Shown here: piece after piece, positions 33,801-64,000 of the stretch
Layout: each line of letters starts with the position of its first letter
Position numbering within the stretch: position 1 is the first letter of the stretch
Origin: the human T2T-CHM13v2.0 reference genome, Homo sapiens
DNA length: 64,000 nucleotides
Assembly: GCF_009914755.1 (NCBI RefSeq)
Contig: NC_060946.1
Reading direction: 5' to 3' (one strand)
The notes under the pieces: model-generated
Database searches by the model: none
Told to the model about the DNA's origin: nothing
The model's input: the letters and a program-made list of their open reading frames with translations, nothing else
Program-made: the position numbers and the translations under genes

Positions 33801-34458
33801 CTGCTACAACCCTCTGACCAACATCTGGAGCCAGGTTCGGCCCATGCAGCAGGCCCGAGCCCAGCTCAAGCTGGTGGCCCTGGACGGGCTGCTCTATGCC
33901 ATCGGTGGCGAATGCCTGTACAGCATGGAGTGCTACGACCCGCGAACAGACGCCTGGACCCCACGCGCGCCACTCCCCGCAGGCACCTTCCCTGTGGCCC
34001 ACGAGGCTGTGGCCTGCCGTGGGGACATCTACGTCACCGGGGGTCACCTCTTCTACCGCCTGCTCAGGTACAGCCCCGTGAAGGATGCTTGGGACGAGTG
34101 CCCATACAGTGCCAGCCACCGGCGTTCCAGCGACATCGTGGCACTGGGGGGCTTCCTGTACCGCTTCGACCTGCTGCGGGGCGTGGGCGCCGCCGTGATG
34201 CGCTACAACACAGTGACCGGCTCCTGGAGCAGGGCTGCCTCCCTGCCCCTGCCCGCCCCCGCCCCACTGCGCTGCACCACCCTGGGCAACACCATTTACT
34301 GCCTCAACCCCCAGGTCACTGCCACCTTCACGGTCTCTGGGGGGACTGCCCAGTTCCAGGCCAAGGAGCTGCAGCCCTTCCCCTTGGGGAGCACCGGGGT
34401 CCTCAGTCCATTCATCCTGACTCTGCCCCCTGAGGACCGGCTGCAGACCTCACTCTGA
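30811..34458 (+). CDS. KLHDC7B: Kelch domain-containing protein 7B, intronless, 1215 aa
   Basis: Single long ORF: N-terminal hydrophobic segment, Pro/Ala/Ser/Thr repeat, and C-terminal kelch repeats (LFLAGG, LYAIGG, IYVTGG, CYDPRTDAW). An internal GCCATGG at 32674 gives a 594-aa form. Confidence 0.96.
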   Translation: MIQGTLEPDGPLWGWDWDSDNDWDSAVLALLALAVVAATALALHWFGSGHDQEAAEPVSTALGAQPHQAGGAELALQPKSKVSDGSEGQSPGQGKPEPPGRGQQSPVPAAAPGGGLAAMARLPLKTAVEEARREALGQQRGSATPAAPRAEGKEPPRPGTALLGRSEAGGMSAPLLIHFTPRSPGSEAEAETGGVRASSRQAAGPAGQQDTGPWQAGAGPSGSMGRGRGRRRRMDAGSGDRARRPRKLDPLRLGAAGSVWDAVDGAAALDAHARGLPTGPPLAQEPALPALPAPRALQPGSQTEGSGAKGGWSREASGVPAPGGGWPWVSREVPGTRSFGPAPGSTRPWLESPPQGRPLSSQGPGATGAYDAGEAGADSSRDNSPAADLGPTRPPEQAKPAAAGHSRAPSRSREPRPRSASPPAAPGPGFPPEALTLPSPSDFLPLEVTQDPSVGENLRAAPAPSSASAQVLTSAPASVLAPALASSPSSAPTSATTSTSSPTSAPAPAPTSAPTSTPAPAPSPAAAATPAPAPVPVPTLTPPSPALTPALSPAPTPALTPAASPALTPVPTPALSPAPTPAPTPAASPAPADGSKPQESVALPRRYQEGQVSASWGNLIAMVLRSHPFPRQDRPQGSVPRAVPGSPVGPSTSTHSEDRHGPSSSVGTVIGTGTGGLVEAGGQPQPRSSETNGSPSPDPPPGLRGEGTREKSLDPLPQAAMPRGPAQPPAQRPPGPAASSSARRSQPVPQLRKRSRCEIAPSSEQEVRPAASGDPQGEAPGEGGSPAGRSGALTEKQEEARKLMVFLQRPGGWGVVEGPRKPSSRALEPATAAALRRRLDLGSCLDVLAFARQHGEPGLAQETYALMSDNLLRVLGDPCLYRRLSAADRERILSLRTGRGRAVLGVLVLPSLYQGGRSGLPRGPRGEEPPAAAPVSLPLPAHLHVFNPRENTWRPLTQVPEEAPLRGCGLCTMHNYLFLAGGIRGSGAKAVCSNEVFCYNPLTNIWSQVRPMQQARAQLKLVALDGLLYAIGGECLYSMECYDPRTDAWTPRAPLPAGTFPVAHEAVACRGDIYVTGGHLFYRLLRYSPVKDAWDECPYSASHRRSSDIVALGGFLYRFDLLRGVGAAVMRYNTVTGSWSRAASLPLPAPAPLRCTTLGNTIYCLNPQVTATFTVSGGTAQFQAKELQPFPLGSTGVLSPFILTLPPEDRLQTSL
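32190..32585 (+). repeat. Coding tandem repeat (CCAGCC / CCAGCCCTAACC 6- and 12-bp units) in KLHDC7B
   Basis: Encodes PAPAPTSAPT...TPALSPAPTPALTPAASPA. Confidence 0.9.
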
Positions 34459-35505
34459 GTGGCAGGCAGAGAACCAAAGCTGCTTCGCTGCTCTCCAGGG
34501 AGACCCTCCTGGGATGGGCCTGAGAGGCCGGGGCTCAGGGAAGGGGCTGGGATCGGAACTTCCTGCTCTTGTTTCTGGACAACTTTCCCCTTCTGCTTTA
34601 AAGGTTGTCGATTATTTTGAAGCCCAGACTCCCTCAGCCTCTTTCTGCCCCTCACTCCACACCCAGACTGTTTCCTGACTCAATTCCGTACCTACTTACA
34701 GACCCTCTCAGCTTGCTGACACCCCCCTGTCTGTGGGACTCCCTATTCCCTAGAGCCAGGGACTGATGCGTCCCCACAGACAAGGACTTGGCTCGCTGGA
34801 GCTCTGCTGAGCCGAGAGAGGAGGGGGTAGAAAACATTCACACTTCCTATGCTCTGTCAGCAGGACAGGGAGCAAAAACGTCCCCAGGCAACGCCCTCGC
34901 CTCTGGGACTTTCTGCCTGTCCTAAGGCCTCCCCAGGTACCAACCCCGTAGCTATCTGGGTCTGTTTGGCACTGTGGATTCTCAAGGGCCTAGAACCCTT
35001 GCCTCTGAAACTGGTCCGCTGGTGCAGCCCTGCTGTCTGCAGCTCCTGCCCATACCCCCAGCCCACACCAGGCCAGGCCCACTCCGGGCTCACCACCCTC
35101 TGCAGCCTTGTGGGGCTCTCCCAGCCCCTCCAGAAGCCCACCCCACTTCTCGCCAACCCCCGATCTCTAAATGAGGCCTGAGCGTCACCCTAGTTCTGCC
35201 CCTTTTTAGCTGTGTAGACTTGGACGAGACATTTGACTTCCCTTTCTCCTTGTCTATAAAATGTGGACAGTGGACGTCTGTCACCCAAGAGAGTTGTGGG
35301 AGACAAGATCACAGCTATGAGCACCTCGCACGGTGTCCAGGATGCACAGCACAATCCATGATGCGTTTTCTCCCCTTACGCACTTTGAAACCCATGCTAG
35401 AAAAGTGAATACATCTGACTGTGCTCCACTCCAACCTCCAGCCTGGATGTCCCTGTCTGGGCCCTTTTTCTGTTTTTTATTCTATGTTCAGCACCACTGG
35501 CACCA

Positions 35506-35511
35506 AATACA
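35506..35511 (+). terminator. Candidate variant poly(A) signal (AATACA) of KLHDC7B
   Basis: No AATAAA seen on the + strand in the 3'UTR. AATACA is followed by GU/U-rich TTGTTGTGTTTTGTT at ~35545-35559. Confidence 0.45.
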
Positions 35512-35634
35512 TTTTAATTCACCGAAAGCACCTGCAGCTTGCACTTGTTGTGTTTTGTTCACAAGGTTTGATATGCAGCTGGGTGGATCATGGCACAGGA
35601 GAGAAGAGGTCCTCGGGCTGTGCTTAAAAATAAG

Positions 35635-35640
35635 TTTATT
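35635..35640 (-). terminator. SYCE3 poly(A) signal
   Basis: AATAAA on the minus strand ~110 nt after the stop. Confidence 0.8.
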
Positions 35641-35751
35641 AAGAAACAAGTACAGTGCATACAGCTATTCATGTGGGTGCCAGCTCCATCCCCCAGTGAC
35701 CTCTTCATACGGGCAGAGGGTGGCATGGCAGCTGTGGTGGGCCAGTGGGGC

Positions 35752-40934
<5,183 letters not shown>

Positions 40935-41549
40935 CTAGGCAATGCACAGAAAGAAGCTGCAGTCAGACAGACCTACATTTCAAATCCAGCTCCACTGGTT
41001 ATAACTCAGTGATTTCTCTAAGGAATTCTTTCCCCATCTCTCAGATTCAGACAATACCACGTACTCCACAGGGCTGTTGTGAAGGTTAAATGGGAACATG
41101 TCTAAAGGCCCCAGCATAGCATTCGGCACATATAAGTTGTCCTTCCCCTTTCTTCCATCTTTGCCATACAAACGTAGCTGAAGGCTGGAGTCATTAACAC
41201 AGAAAACATCTTCATTATAATGAAAAAAGTCTGTCATAATGGTGACATGGAATTTTTTCTTGCAAAACCATATTGAGTACCCACTAAGATGCAAGCTATT
41301 GTGCTGATGTGTTTCAAAGATACAATTCCTGTACCTAAGGAATTTCTAGTGCAATATGGGAGTAAGTCACACACACCATATGACAAACCAGGATGTGACA
41401 GATGTCGAAGCAGTTAATGTAATAATTACAGACATCAAGCGATGGGAGCCTGGAGGCGGGTACGTTTAATTTTAAAATATGAAATGATTCATACATTAAA
41501 AAAAATTATAATCAACTTAACTTTCCAGAAGAATTCTCCTGGGCATTAG

Positions 41550-44960
<3,411 letters not shown>

Positions 44961-46624
44961 GGAAGATCTGGAAGATCCCCTCTGCAAAATGAAAAAAAGG
45001 GCTCAGTAAATTCAAGATATTTGATTTGGGTGTCACTGGTCAACTCGGTGAGACGTTTCAGGAGAGCCATAAAAGTAAAAATATTTCATGAATTAAATAA
45101 TTAATGGATCATTAGACAAAATGGATTGTGTGTACAGATTTAGATGGGAAGGGGAGAAAAAAACAGGAGGTAACTAGAAGGTGATACAGAGTCAAGGTTT
45201 TTTGTTTTTTGAATTCTTCGTTTCTAGGCTGTGTGGAAAGAGCTACCTGGACAGAAAAGCCTGAAGAATCAGAAGAAAGGGTAACTGATGGTGCAGGGAC
45301 TGGTCTCAGACAAGTAAGGGGTCATTTCACCCTATGAAGGTAAGGGAAGGTAAGGAGGTAGAGATAGAATAAGGTAGGTAGAGGTCAAGGTAGGATGGCA
45401 AGGGGGGGATTTCAGGCCCGATGGTCTCTAACTCCCTAATAAATGGCAATGAAAAGTTTCTTCTTGTAACAACAGACATTCTTGGTTTGAGGAGAACGAT
45501 AAAGCTTTATCAAAGCTGCATGCCTCCCTAGGGGCACCTAGGCATGTGACTGAGGCCACATGGCCACAGTGTCCTCAGGACCCTAAGACGGCACAGAGAC
45601 AGTGGATGGAGTGTAGAAGGCCTGGGAACGTAAACATACATGCAGTGGATGGACAAGGTAAGGACACTGAGAGCACAAGTATGAGAGTGGCTTAAGGGGT
45701 GGTTGATGGTTGGGGTGAAGCAGAGGCATAGAAAAGACATGTAGTTTCTATAAGTGGGGCGTTGGGGTGGCCACAGGTAGGTTTGGGGATAGAGCATGAG
45801 ACTGCTAGAAGGATGGAGGCTGGGCCGGAGTGGCACTGGATCTCAGAAGAGGGATGGATCTGAAAAGGAGATCCAGGGAGAGGGTGTGAGAGCTGATGTG
45901 GAGGAAGCAGCCACAGGATTAGAATTCACGGCATTTCTTGCCTAATGAGGTTGCCTGGGATGACTGGGAACGGGTGGAGAAAGAGGCCTGAGCCCGCACC
46001 AAAGCACAATGGAACGGAGCTTAGGATGGGTGGCGGAAGTGTGGGGCGGGAGGAGCGTGGGGCGGGAGGAGTGTGGGGCGGGAGCGTGGGGCGGGAGTGT
46101 AGGGTCTGGCTTGGGTATCACTTTAGGTGTGAAGGACGGGGGTTGAGCGAGTCAGAGCCTAGAGTCTGGTTTGTGGTCTGAGTGTCTTGCCTGGTACGAA
46201 GAGTTTCTAACAGAGTCTGGGATCCCTCTGAGAACAAGGAATGTGAGGGGATAAGAGGGATGCTTGGTGCAGAGATGTGCTCTTTTGTACGGGATGAGAG
46301 CAGCACAGGAAGGGAATGCACCTGTGATGTGGGAGAGAAGTCTTGGAGTTGGGCTATGAAGAGTCTGGGCGGGTCCTGAAGTGCAGGTGGAGGAAGCCAG
46401 AGGTGCGTGTGGGAACTTGGGGTGTGAGGTGGTGTGTGGACTCCGTGGTCCCAGGTGTGGCAGGTGTGAGGGTAAGAGGGGCAGGCTGCACGGAATGAGA
46501 AGCCCAGGGTGTGCAGACTTCAGGATCAGGAGTGTATGGTGTGAGGACATGGAGATTAGGTTAAGGGGGTGAAGGACTGAGGTGAGGGATGTAAGGTGGG
46601 GAGAGTGGGGTATGGAGTGTGCAG

Positions 46625-47215
46625 TGAGGGGAGCGGGGGAGGGGTGAGGCGGGGTGAGGCGGGGTGAGGAGGGGTGAGGGGTGAGGCGGGGTGAGGGGTG
46701 AGGCGGGGTGAGGGGTGAGGCTGGGTGAGGAGGCGGGTGAACGGTGACGTGAGCGATGAGGGGTGAGGGGCGAGGCGGGTGAGGCGGGGTAAGGAGGGGT
46801 GAGGCGGGGTGAGGGGTGAAGGGTGAGGCGGGGTGAGGGGTGAAGGGTGAGGCGGGGTGAGGGGTGAGGCGGGGTGAGGGGTGAAGGGTGAGGCGGGGTG
46901 AGGGGTGAAGGGTGAGGCGGGGTGAGGGGTGAGGGGTGAGGCGGGGTGAGGGGTGAGGCGGGGTGAGGGGTGAGGGGTGAGGCGGGGTGAGGAGGGGTGA
47001 GGGGTGAGGGGCGAGGCGGGTGAGGCGGGGTGAGGAGGGGTGAGGGGTGAGGCGGGATGAGGGGTGAGGGGTGAGGCGGGATGAGGGGTGAGGGGTGAGG
47101 CGGGGTGAGGGGTGAGGCGGGGTGAGGGGTGAGGGGCGAGGCTGGGTGAGGAGGCGGGTGAGCGGTGACGTGAGCGATGAGGGGTGAAGGGTGAGGCGGG
47201 GTGAGGGGCGTCGGG
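46625..47215 (+). repeat. G-rich (GGGGTGA / GGCGGGGTGA)n minisatellite in SYCE3 intron 1
   Basis: ~590 bp of near-continuous G4-5 tracts. Confidence 0.95.
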
Positions 47216-47386
47216 GGAGGGGCATGGGGTGTGGAGTGAGTGGAGTCGGGTGAGTGGAGTTGGGTCGAAGTCAAGGGTCTGGCTTGAGGTTGGTGCCACC
47301 GCGAACGCTAGGACAGGGTCAGGCGGAGCCCAGCCGTCAGGGCGCGTTGGGAGGGCCGGGGCCCAGGGGGGCGCGGCCTCGCTCAC

Positions 47387-47620
47387 CTCCAGCTTGGCCC
47401 GCGCTCCGGTCCTGCTCTGGCGCCCCCAGCGGCCGCTTGAGGAACAAGGCCGCTCCTCGAGAGGGATGCCCCGCCCTTTCCGTTAGCGAAGCCGCCCCGG
47501 AAGTGACCTCTCGCCCTCATTGGGTGTCCTCGGGAAAAGGGGCGGGGCATTCCGCGCTGCTCCCACAGGTCTGCGGCGTCCGAGTCTGGGACTGGCAGGT
47601 GCGGTGCTGGGGACGTCCTG
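47387..47620 (-). promoter_or_regulatory. SYCE3: SYCE3 non-coding exon 1 and CpG-island promoter
   Basis: Donor GAG|gtgagc at 47387; TAACGG (MYB) on the minus strand at 47480-47485; CCGGAAGTG (ETS) 47497-47505; GC boxes. Confidence 0.7.
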
Positions 47621-48673
47621 AGGTTGAGGGAGAATCCTGCGGAGATGAAGAGCTTCCCGGCCTGACAGTTTTGCCCCCACCTCCTTCTTGAGCTTAAGGA
47701 TTTATACGCAGGGCCCCGTTTGCCTGCTGTGTCCCCAGTGTCCAGGACAGCGCCCGGTACCAAAGGTGCTGGTAAACATTTGTCGAATGAGTCGCTGAAC
47801 GCCCAGCTATTTCCACTGTCACAGCGATCATGTGTGGCGGACATTATGTGGCATGTATCTTACAGAGGAGGCAGCCCGGGCTCAGGGAGACGAGGCAGAG
47901 GTGCACGCAGGTCTATGTGGGCTGGAAAGTGCTGGGGTCTCCCGGGCGCTCCTGGTCTCCAGGCAAGAACTGGAAGCAGAGCCACTCAACACCTAGAAGG
48001 GCAGTGACAGAAAGCTCTGGCTGGGAGGAGGCTGACCAGAGGCCAGTCTGAGCTCAGCCTTTTTTTTCAGAGGGACGTGGGCACCCTAGAAGGGTGGTAA
48101 GTAGGCGAGTGGCAGAGTTAAAAGGTCTCTGGCTGCCGAGGCGGGTGGCGACGGGGCCGGCCGTTGCTGTTGTTTGGCTGAGTGGTGGACAGGGTCAAAG
48201 CCATTCCAAGGTCGACTTGACAGGGCTTGGTAATGTGGGAGGGAGGGAGAAAGAAGCAAGGGGCTAATGGCCGGGGTGATACCACTGGCAGAGATGTGGA
48301 AGAGTGGGAGAAGCTAGCTTGGAAGGTTAACTTTGATTTTGAACACCTTGTGTTTGAGAATCCTGACAAACCTTAGACCCCCTGAATTTTCTCTCAGGGA
48401 TTCTGATTCTTAGCAGCCTGATTGCAGAGGAGGAAAAATGGCTGGGGTTGAGCCAGACAGTTCTGGGCAAGGAGTGAGCATTCGCTTGTTTATTGAGGAG
48501 GCTGCTGCCTGGGCCACACTCCCTCCGCCAGCTGCCAGGTTCCTGCCCCGGTTGAACCCGGTTTTCTGGCCATCCCTTTCCACCTGTGAGCTGCTCTTCA
48601 TACTTCCATTTGCTTATACAGCCCAGAGCCGATTTCTGTTACAGCAGCCCGGAGAAACATGAATAGGGAATAA

Positions 48674-53090
<4,417 letters not shown>

Positions 53091-53407
53091 ACAAAGAATA
53101 ATTATTTTGTATTTACTCTTAACATGATTTTAGCAGCCGAGCCAACCTCAGTGAAGGAGTGTCTGTTGCTACAGGTCATCCTGCGTGCCCTCTTGCAGAC
53201 ATGACCACCTGGCGCCTCAAGACTTCAGGCCTGGGCCTGCAGCCCCTTTCCATGCTGACAAGAAGCTGCGGGGCCCGTGCAGGGTTGTGCCTCAGCCAAG
53301 AGGGGTGCCTCACACATGCCCCTGCATGGGAGGAGGTGGGCTCACTCTCCAGCAGACAGACAAACAGAAATGGCCCCAGGGAACAGGTGAAGGTTCTGAG
53401 GCAAGTA

Positions 53408-53413
53408 TTTATT
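53408..53413 (-). terminator. CPT1B distal poly(A) signal
   Basis: AATAAA on the minus strand; a second, proximal AATAAA lies at 53635-53640. Confidence 0.75.
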
Positions 53414-53865
53414 CCAAGCAAACACGTGGGCGTGGACAGCTATCTCAGAGCCTACGTCACTCAGCAGAGTCACACATTTCAAAGCAGGTCACACAAGTCC
53501 CTCATGAACAGTCTTCCAGCTTCAGCCCTTCTCTTGCCACCTCTGTGGTCTGAGCTGGGGGAGGGGGAGGGCCTCCGAGTTCCCAAACAAAACACAGGTA
53601 CCTAAGGGCTGAGAGAAAATTACACAGCCTTATTTTTATTAGTATCTATCAAGAAAAAAAAAAAATCAAAATTCCCTTCCTGCTCCAACCCCACCTCCAC
53701 CACCTGGGCCCTCAGGGAGCAGCATCTGCCCAGCGAGGACCTGCTGCCGGAGCTGTCCTTGGAGCCTGGGCACCTGTGCACGGCCACCCCTCATGCCTGT
53801 GAGCTGCCACAGGTCCCTTCCTCCACAGTGTGGGGACGAAAGGGCAGCTGGCATTTCTCCAACCT

Positions 53866-62443
<8,578 letters not shown>

Positions 62444-62913
62444 CCTGGGGGTTGGTCGGCACCTAGGACGGGGGCAGATGGGTGCGCGGGCGCGCTTAGG
62501 CCGGCCCCGCCGCCAGCCGCGCCGAGACGCCCCCAGCCAGTCCGCGACCCCTCGCGCCCCCCACCCCGCGACTAGCGGCTGCCCCCGGCCCGCGCCCCCC
62601 GCCAGGCCAACCGCCGCCAAATCCTCGCGCCAGCCTTCCGGGTGGGCACAGCCACTGTGGTGCAGGGGATTTGGGCCTTGAAAGCTCCAGGAGCCCCAAG
62701 GACGGCGAAGGGCAGCCTGGAGTTGGGGGGCGTCAGCGAGGGCGCGGGCAGGGGAGAGAGGCGCCCCTGGAAGTGGAGCCGGCCTGGACAGAGGCAGGGT
62801 TCGGGAGCCCGCCCTTCCCCACCCGAGCGCGCGGGCCCCAGCGCCGTCCTCGCCCCTGTGCAGGGCTGAGGGCCCAGACCCCCGCGGGCCGCCCTGTGCC
62901 GGCCCCTACTCAC

Positions 62914-63220
62914 AGCTCGGGTTCACTCCTGTCCGTGCGTGGGGCCAGCCACTCTGGCCCGTGTCCCCACGTCCTTCAGGCCTAGCCACCCCCGCCCCGC
63001 CCTCACCAGGAACCTGACACCTACTCCCAAATCGGGGTCGGGGAAAAACGTGGGGCGAGAACCAGAACCCACCCACCTTCCGCGGTGGGAATTGCAGGGC
63101 GCGGCTGGGTTTCTGTGCGGTGAAGGTTGCTCAAAGGTCTGGGAGCCTGGGGGGCCCCAGAGTCTCGTGAGGATGGTGGCATTAGAGCTAAAAATAGCCA
63201 AATGTAGGGAAAAGGTCACC
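62914..63220 (-). promoter_or_regulatory. CPT1B: CPT1B alternative first exons and promoter with MEF2 site and PPAR DR1 element (FARE-1)
   Basis: Donors at 62914 (GCT|gtgagt) and 63007 (CTG|gtgagg); CTAAAAATAG 63188-63197; AGGGAA-A-AGGTCA 63206-63218. Confidence 0.85.
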
Positions 63221-63507
63221 GATGTGTCAGCTGCTGCCTGTTCTGGGATCGCTGGTGCTCCGGGCGGCATCCCCACCTCAGGGTCGTCTTCATACCCCCA
63301 TCACTCTCCTCCTCCCCAAGTCCTAGTATTTATTATTCTAAGCTGCAGCCAGGGGACTGGGGAGGGATGGGGGACCCCAACTGGCAGCATGAACGCTAAC
63401 CACTTTCAATCCCAGAGCACTGAAGAGTCCCTTTGTGTGTACTGCTCGGTTTGGTACTTTCTGCTGCTGCTCAGCAGGGCCAGGACAGGGTGGGAAGAAG
63501 AAGCTTG

Positions 63508-63513
63508 TTTATT
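63508..63513 (-). terminator. CHKB poly(A) signal
   Basis: AATAAA on the minus strand ~195 nt after the CHKB stop. Confidence 0.8.
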
Positions 63514-63708
63514 GTGTTACATACACAGCACGGGGCTCTGGCCTGCCAGCCATGGGGACCTACTCAAACTCAGGAACAGGCCGGTCTCCTGAACCTCAGT
63601 TTCACTTGGGGGCTCAGCCCAGTCGCCAGGGCCTTCTGCTCGTTGTTCCTCCCTCCAAGGTCCTGCCCTGGAGGCTCCAGGAGAAATCCAAGGAGTGGGA
63701 GGGTGGAG

Positions 63709-64000
63709 TCAGGATGAGGAGTGGACACTGGTCAGCTGCCCCTTCTGCTGGAAGTAGAACTGGAACCGAGACTGGGCATAGTCCTAGGGAAGGAAACCCA
63801 CCCCACACAGTGGTGAGAAGACGTGGGACCAGCATTCTACATCCACCTCAGGCTGCCCACAGCCACCCGGGACTCCCCAGGCCTCCTGGAAGAGTGTGGC
63901 TGCTGCTGCTCCCCAGCCCCCCAGCTAGCATTCCCATCCCCAGGGTCACTTACCAAGTAACCAAATTCTATGGTGGACATGGATGCCTGGAGGATGGACC
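63709..64000 (-). CDS. CHKB: Choline/ethanolamine kinase beta, last two coding exons (partial)
   Basis: 64000-63954 (SILQASMSTIEFGYL|gtaag) and 63783-63709 (DYAQSRFQFYFQQKGQLTSVHSSS*). Confidence 0.93.

Noticed and set aside
33078-34433. 451-aa alternative-frame ORF inside KLHDC7B
   Set aside because: Non-ATG start; expected by-product of very high GC3 in the main frame.
46625-47215. PRDM9 13-mer hotspot motif in the G-rich array
   Set aside because: The windows I tested had at least one mismatch to CCNCCNTNNCCNC; a PWM scan would be needed.
46152-47386. 237-357 aa Pro/His/Leu/Thr ORFs on the minus strand
   Set aside because: Translations of the GGGGTGA repeat, which lacks stops on that strand.

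Overview
This is human genomic DNA from the gene-dense distal 22q13.33 region. Order: NCAPH2 (+; 5' end outside the window, 19 coding exons here), SCO2 (-), TYMP (-), ODF3B/CIMAP1B (-), an Alu/LTR-rich interval with a CpG island, intronless KLHDC7B (+), SYCE3 (-), CPT1B (-), and the last two exons of CHKB (-). I reconstructed exon chains by hand from splice sites. They sum to intact proteins: SCO2 266 aa, TYMP 482 aa, ODF3B 253 aa, KLHDC7B 1215 aa, SYCE3 88 aa, CPT1B 772 aa. The haplotype appears to differ from the reference proteins as I recall them: SCO2 Pro20, CPT1B Lys531, and a KLHDC7B coding repeat 20 codons shorter. It is a well-studied locus and I see no clear-cut novel gene system. 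The best leads are five. (1) ODF3B-TYMP-SCO2 form a tightly packed co-oriented array with minimal 3' ends, phase-compatible second-exon acceptors, and an ODF3B exon-1 ATG peptide that would be in frame with all three ORFs. (2) KLHDC7B has two possible starts (membrane-anchored or soluble) separated by a length-variable coding VNTR. (3) A palindromic two-strand poly(A) element sits at the NCAPH2/SCO2 junction. (4) An AluY/AluS chimera is flanked by a ~220-bp duplication. (5) Two solo LTRs lie head-to-head upstream of ODF3B. Repeat subfamily names and reference comparisons are from memory and need database confirmation. Most short ORFs in the supplied track are GC-rich or Alu artefacts.
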